DNA of 20,000 nucleotides from an uncultured bacterium (GTDB lineage: Bacteria > B130-G9): assembly GCA_965372715.1 (NCBI GenBank), contig CBDVDH010000013.1:52532-72531 (forward strand), given 5' to 3'. The translations under genes and the position numbers were made by a program. Every line of letters starts with the position of its first letter. Position 1 is the stretch's first letter. Below are positions 16,383 to 20,000 of this stretch, one piece after another. The notes beneath the pieces are model-generated. The model saw only the letters and a list, made by a program, of their open reading frames with translations. It searched no databases and was not told where the DNA came from.

Positions 16383-18848
16383 CTATTCGAGGTTTTCAGG
16401 CCAGATGCGTTTGTCTTTCATCTCGACCCAGGCGTTGCCTTTGCGGCGGTAGAGGTTGCCGATTTCTGCTCTGTGCTTCGTAATGGGGCCCAACCTCAAT
16501 GACGCAGTTATGATCATCTCTCCGCGCGCTTGGCAGATATTGTATTTCACGCTATCTTTGGGGTACAAGCCTACCCCCTCAAAATTGGGGAGGGCGTATC
16601 TCTCCTGATAGGAGATGATGGCAGTGCCCCCACCACCTGTTACTTCCTTGAATTTGGCTTCCGCAGCATTGCAGACAAGCACGAATAAGTGATTCTTGTC
16701 CTCCTCTGGAGTATGCATCATGTCATTAGCCCTACTAAGAAACGCGTGGTCTCTAGCAATGTCGAATCTCGGATTTAGTATGATGTCAATGGGTATTCGA
16801 GAGAACCTGTCCCGCATCTGATTGAAGTCGATGCAGTTAAGCACTGCAATTCTTCCCCACTTGGTCTGAAAAAGCGGGACAAAACGACCTGGGTTCATAA
16901 CTTTTCCCGTCTGTTGCTCGAAAATGGAGGGATAACATTTCTCATACTGCCAGGGTTCGCAGTTAATTATTATCTGGCACACGTTCTGGTTATACTCGTT
17001 GTAGTAGCTACCGCACACAACCACCATATCCAGCTGCCTATTCTTGACTTCCTCAACCCACTCTTCCGTGAAGCTCAGTTCCGGGAAGCAGATTATGTCC
17101 GCGCTCTCTGCCATTGCGACGTCCAGCGCCTCAAAGACCTTCCGCCTCACATCCTCCTTGCAGCTGTCCTCCAATCTTGGTGGGGGCTTCGTGACAATGA
17201 AGTCGAGCTGCACGAGACACACCTTCACCCACTCCTTCCCAAAGTCCCTGTCCGCGATGTGAATCGGCCTTATCTCAACCCGCTCCTCCAGTCCTGCTGG
17301 CCCGGCAAGGAGTGGTGGTATCCTGAATGCCCCTTCAACCTCAGCGCTCAAAGCACCATCCAAGGCTTGCACAGTATTCAAAGTGATTAGAAGCCCGTCC
17401 TCCTCAGCGAGAGGAATCTCATGGAGGGTCTTGTATTTCTTAAGGGCGTGCAAAAAAGTGTCAATTGCATTCACGGCGGAGAAGAACTTCAACAGATTGA
17501 ACTCTCGAAAAACTGCTCTGGCCTTCTCAAGGGCATCCAAGTCGACCTCTTTGAAGCACAGTGAATCCGAAAGAGCCGCGAAGCAGGCTGCTTTGCTTTC
17601 CAACAGGCGCAGGGCATCCATGGGAATGCGCAGTCCTCCGAATTCCCTTGTCAAAGACGTTACGGAGCCGGCGCTGAGTCGTGCTTTGTCTCTCAGCTCC
17701 TGTAGAGTTCGGCTGCTTAGCGAACTCATGAACTCGCGATCCAGACAGCTCAATTTCTCCACTAACAGAAGACCGTTCCGGGCACTATCCGCCGCTTCGG
17801 CAGCTATTTGGGCTTCCTTGTGTGCACCCAGGGCTGAAAACAAATCGCGGGCCTTGTCGAAACTCCTCGCTGCCTCTTCGTAGCTGAACATATTCAATAA
17901 TTCAACGCCTCTATTGAACCACGCTTTGGGATTCTCGGGACTCGTCTCGATAACATCATTGTGAGCCTGCAGCGCCTTTTGATAGTGCCCAAGTCTGCTC
18001 AGAACGACGCCCCTGTTGATCGCCGCCGGCGTGAATTTCGGGTCGAGGGCCAATGCCCCATCATAGGCATCCAGCGCTTCCTGATAGCGATTCAAGCTAT
18101 CAAAGGTGACGCCTTTGTTATGCCAGGGCTTCGGGTTTTTCGGATCAAGGGTGATGACCACATCATTCGCTTCAAGCGCTTCTTTATGTCCACCGAGCTC
18201 CGCCAGGGTAGTGCCTTTATTGAACCACGCAGCTGTGAAGTTTGGGTTGATTTCTGTCGCCATGTCAAATGCGATGAGTGCTCCCCGATAGTCGCCAATT
18301 CTGACAAGCGTAATGCCCTTGTTGTACCATGCTTTGGCATTATTTGGGTCAAGGGCTATAGCCTCGCCTAGGACCTGCAAGGCTTCGTTATATCGCCCTA
18401 GATCAGCCAGTACAGCACCTTTATTATGCAGCGCCATGGCGTTGCCGGGTTGCAGTTGTAGCAAATCTTCAAGTGACTTCAGGGCAGCCTCAAACCTCCC
18501 CAGTTTGGAATAGGCAACGCCAATGTCATGGATCGCCTGCACATTTGCCGGATCAAGCTTGAGGACCCTATCGAATGCGTCCAGTGCATCCGCATGCCTG
18601 TTCAATTCGGCAAGGGCGCTACCCTTATTGAACCAGGCAGTGGCGTTCTCTGGGGCCAGTTCTGTCATCCGCTCGGCTACACTCAAAGCAACATCGTATG
18701 CCCCGGCCTTCCGGAAACGTTCTGCAATTCGAGACAGGCCTAGAACGTCCTCCTTCCTGGCTAGTCTCAGGGCTTCGTTTACCCGGCCTTTCCTAAGAAG
18801 CCATGAGATCTTCTTGAGCCTTGGGGTCGGCATCTTCCCTTGAGTCAT
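16383..18848 (-). CDS. TPR-repeat protein fused to a C-terminal carbon-nitrogen hydrolase (nitrilase-superfamily) domain
   Basis: About nine 34-aa TPRs (AWFNKG...ALxLDP), a helical linker, then VKVCLVQL, DIICFPELSF (Glu), YEKCYPSIFE (Lys) and GRIAVLNCIDF (Cys). Confidence 0.88.
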   Translation of the reverse strand: MTQGKMPTPRLKKISWLLRKGRVNEALRLARKEDVLGLSRIAERFRKAGAYDVALSVAERMTELAPENATAWFNKGSALAELNRHADALDAFDRVLKLDPANVQAIHDIGVAYSKLGRFEAALKSLEDLLQLQPGNAMALHNKGAVLADLGRYNEALQVLGEAIALDPNNAKAWYNKGITLVRIGDYRGALIAFDMATEINPNFTAAWFNKGTTLAELGGHKEALEANDVVITLDPKNPKPWHNKGVTFDSLNRYQEALDAYDGALALDPKFTPAAINRGVVLSRLGHYQKALQAHNDVIETSPENPKAWFNRGVELLNMFSYEEAARSFDKARDLFSALGAHKEAQIAAEAADSARNGLLLVEKLSCLDREFMSSLSSRTLQELRDKARLSAGSVTSLTREFGGLRIPMDALRLLESKAACFAALSDSLCFKEVDLDALEKARAVFREFNLLKFFSAVNAIDTFLHALKKYKTLHEIPLAEEDGLLITLNTVQALDGALSAEVEGAFRIPPLLAGPAGLEERVEIRPIHIADRDFGKEWVKVCLVQLDFIVTKPPPRLEDSCKEDVRRKVFEALDVAMAESADIICFPELSFTEEWVEEVKNRQLDMVVVCGSYYNEYNQNVCQIIINCEPWQYEKCYPSIFEQQTGKVMNPGRFVPLFQTKWGRIAVLNCIDFNQMRDRFSRIPIDIILNPRFDIARDHAFLSRANDMMHTPEEDKNHLFVLVCNAAEAKFKEVTGGGGTAIISYQERYALPNFEGVGLYPKDSVKYNICQARGEMIITASLRLGPITKHRAEIGNLYRRKGNAWVEMKDKRIWPENLE

Positions 18849-18899
18849 CTATCGGTAGCCTCACACCGTTAAGTCAAACGCGTTATGCATAGCCCGGCT

Positions 18900-18929
18900 A
18901 TCATATAACGTCATGTCAAGTTGTGTCAA
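18900..18929 (-). promoter_or_regulatory. Putative sigma70 promoter of the TPR-nitrilase gene
   Basis: Minus strand TTGACA (18929-18924), 18-nt spacer, TATGAT (18905-18900); overlaps an inverted repeat at 18881-18910. Confidence 0.5.
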
Positions 18930-18959
18930 TTCGGCTCCCATTCATGCGCTTCGAGCTCT

Positions 18960-19190
18960 TCAATCGTTCGCGAGGGCGATGCGGAGCCATTCTTCGGGGG
19001 TGTAGCCGCCGAGGTAGAAGGGGACCTGCCAGAAGTCGTTGGGGCAGAGTGGGGTATCAATGCCGAGGTCACGTAGGAGCTCGGCGAAGTCGTCCCACGA
19101 GGCGAACTTGAACGCGCTGGCCCCGTGCGTTGCGAGGAAGCAGGCGGGGTATCTGTCCCCGGGCGCCTGCCACCCGGACACGATGAGCAC
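18960..19190 (-). CDS. Small hypothetical protein (~76 aa) or 3' remnant of a truncated gene
   Basis: Codons in this frame overwhelmingly end in G/C, as in the host genes; candidate GTG start 17 nt after the nitroreductase stop. Confidence 0.5.
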   Translation of the reverse strand: MLIVSGWQAPGDRYPACFLATHGASAFKFASWDDFAELLRDLGIDTPLCPNDFWQVPFYLGGYTPEEWLRIALAND

Positions 19191-19207
19191 GTATGGGGTC
19201 TGTCCTA

Positions 19208-19723
19208 CTACAGCCCCCACTCGTCCCAGCAGATGATGTCTTCCAGCGCAAGGCGCGATTTGGGCCTGGGCGAGTCGGCGGGATAGCCGAGCGTCATGAG
19301 CTGCACGACGCGGATGTCGTCCGGAATCCCGAGAACCGACTTGGCCTTGTCCTCGTAAAAGGAGCCGATCCAGCACGTGCCTAGGCCCTCGGCCACCGCA
19401 GCGAGCGTGATGTGGTCGATGGCTATCGCAACGTCTATTGGGTAGCACGGCTGGCCGCACCTCATCAAGTGCTCGTCGGTCTTGGCGCAGCACGCTATAA
19501 CGGCCGGCGCCTCGCCCACGAACTTCTGGTTGTTGGCGATCTGCATCATCCGCTGCCGCTTTTCATGGTCGGTAACGACGACGAAGCGCCACTCCTGACG
19601 ATTGCTCGCGGAAGGCGCAAGCCTGGCCGCGTCAAGGACTTTGAGCAGAACCTCCCTGTCGATTGGGTCCGGCTTGTATGCCCTGACACTTCGCCTCGTC
19701 TTTATTGCCTCATAAACGTCCAT
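19208..19723 (-). CDS. Nitroreductase family flavoprotein, 171 aa
   Basis: AIKTRRSVRAY, ARLAPSASNRQEWRFVVV, LAAVAEGLGTCWIG, LGYP; Shine-Dalgarno AAGGAGG before ATG 19723. Confidence 0.95.
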   Translation of the reverse strand: MDVYEAIKTRRSVRAYKPDPIDREVLLKVLDAARLAPSASNRQEWRFVVVTDHEKRQRMMQIANNQKFVGEAPAVIACCAKTDEHLMRCGQPCYPIDVAIAIDHITLAAVAEGLGTCWIGSFYEDKAKSVLGIPDDIRVVQLMTLGYPADSPRPKSRLALEDIICWDEWGL

Positions 19724-19856
19724 CAGAATCCCTCCTTGATGAAATCCCAGAAATGTTGCTCTCAAACCTCAGTTTGCATGGAGTGTTCAATTTGAGGCTA
19801 TCGCAGGCGGTCGGATAGATCAAGTTGACGTCGGGATGATCCTCAGTGTCAGTCGA

Positions 19857-19871
19857 TTTGGAGTGCGGCGG
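19857..19871 (-). repeat. Isolated half copy of the CGCACTCCAAA REP-like element
   Basis: TTTGGAGTGCGGCGG is the exact reverse complement of 9309-9323. Confidence 0.55.
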
Positions 19872-20000
19872 GTGTGCGTCCTGAAAGCTGTGGATTGTCC
19901 GAGTTGGTGAGAGGCCAACCCGCTCGCCCAAAGGCATGGGAGTGTTAACCCGAATAATTCAAGGGCATGACTCTCGTCGGTGTGGGGCAGGCTTTCCAGC

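Noticed and set aside
18960-19493. Programmed frameshift fusing the nitroreductase to the downstream ORF
   Set aside because: The nitroreductase has a normal C-terminus with a double TAG stop, and I saw no slippery sequence.
19825-19836. Minus-strand TCCCGACGTCA resembling the tRNA-His 3' end (possible att site)
   Set aside because: Short, mismatched and inverted; no integrase present; the intervening genes are housekeeping.

Overview
High-GC bacterial chromosomal window with three parts. (1) 1-2 kb is a small accessory cluster: a hypothetical protein, an orphan HicB-type antitoxin, and a nucleotidyltransferase overlapping a small ORF. (2) 2.2-5.8 kb is an apparent sigma70-driven unit, tRNA-His(GUG)-hisS-hutH-like. 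The tRNA lacks the near-universal G-1:C73 pair and has G1:U72/A73. The adjacent HisRS carries the matching alphaproteobacterial-type signatures (EKPGPGR motif-2 loop, GRxDESGDFTxGAGL), so this looks like a co-located non-canonical tRNA/synthetase pair linked to a divergent Ser-Ser-Gly MIO histidine ammonia-lyase. This is the most notable feature. (3) The remainder holds a large secreted clostripain-family multidomain protease, a LysM lipoprotein, a phoH-7TM/HD-ybeY-corC operon, an enoyl-CoA hydratase, a lower-GC TPR-nitrilase fusion gene, an unannotated small ORF and a nitroreductase. Two families of REP-like palindromes occur in intergenic regions. All assignments come from motif recognition by eye; no searches were run.
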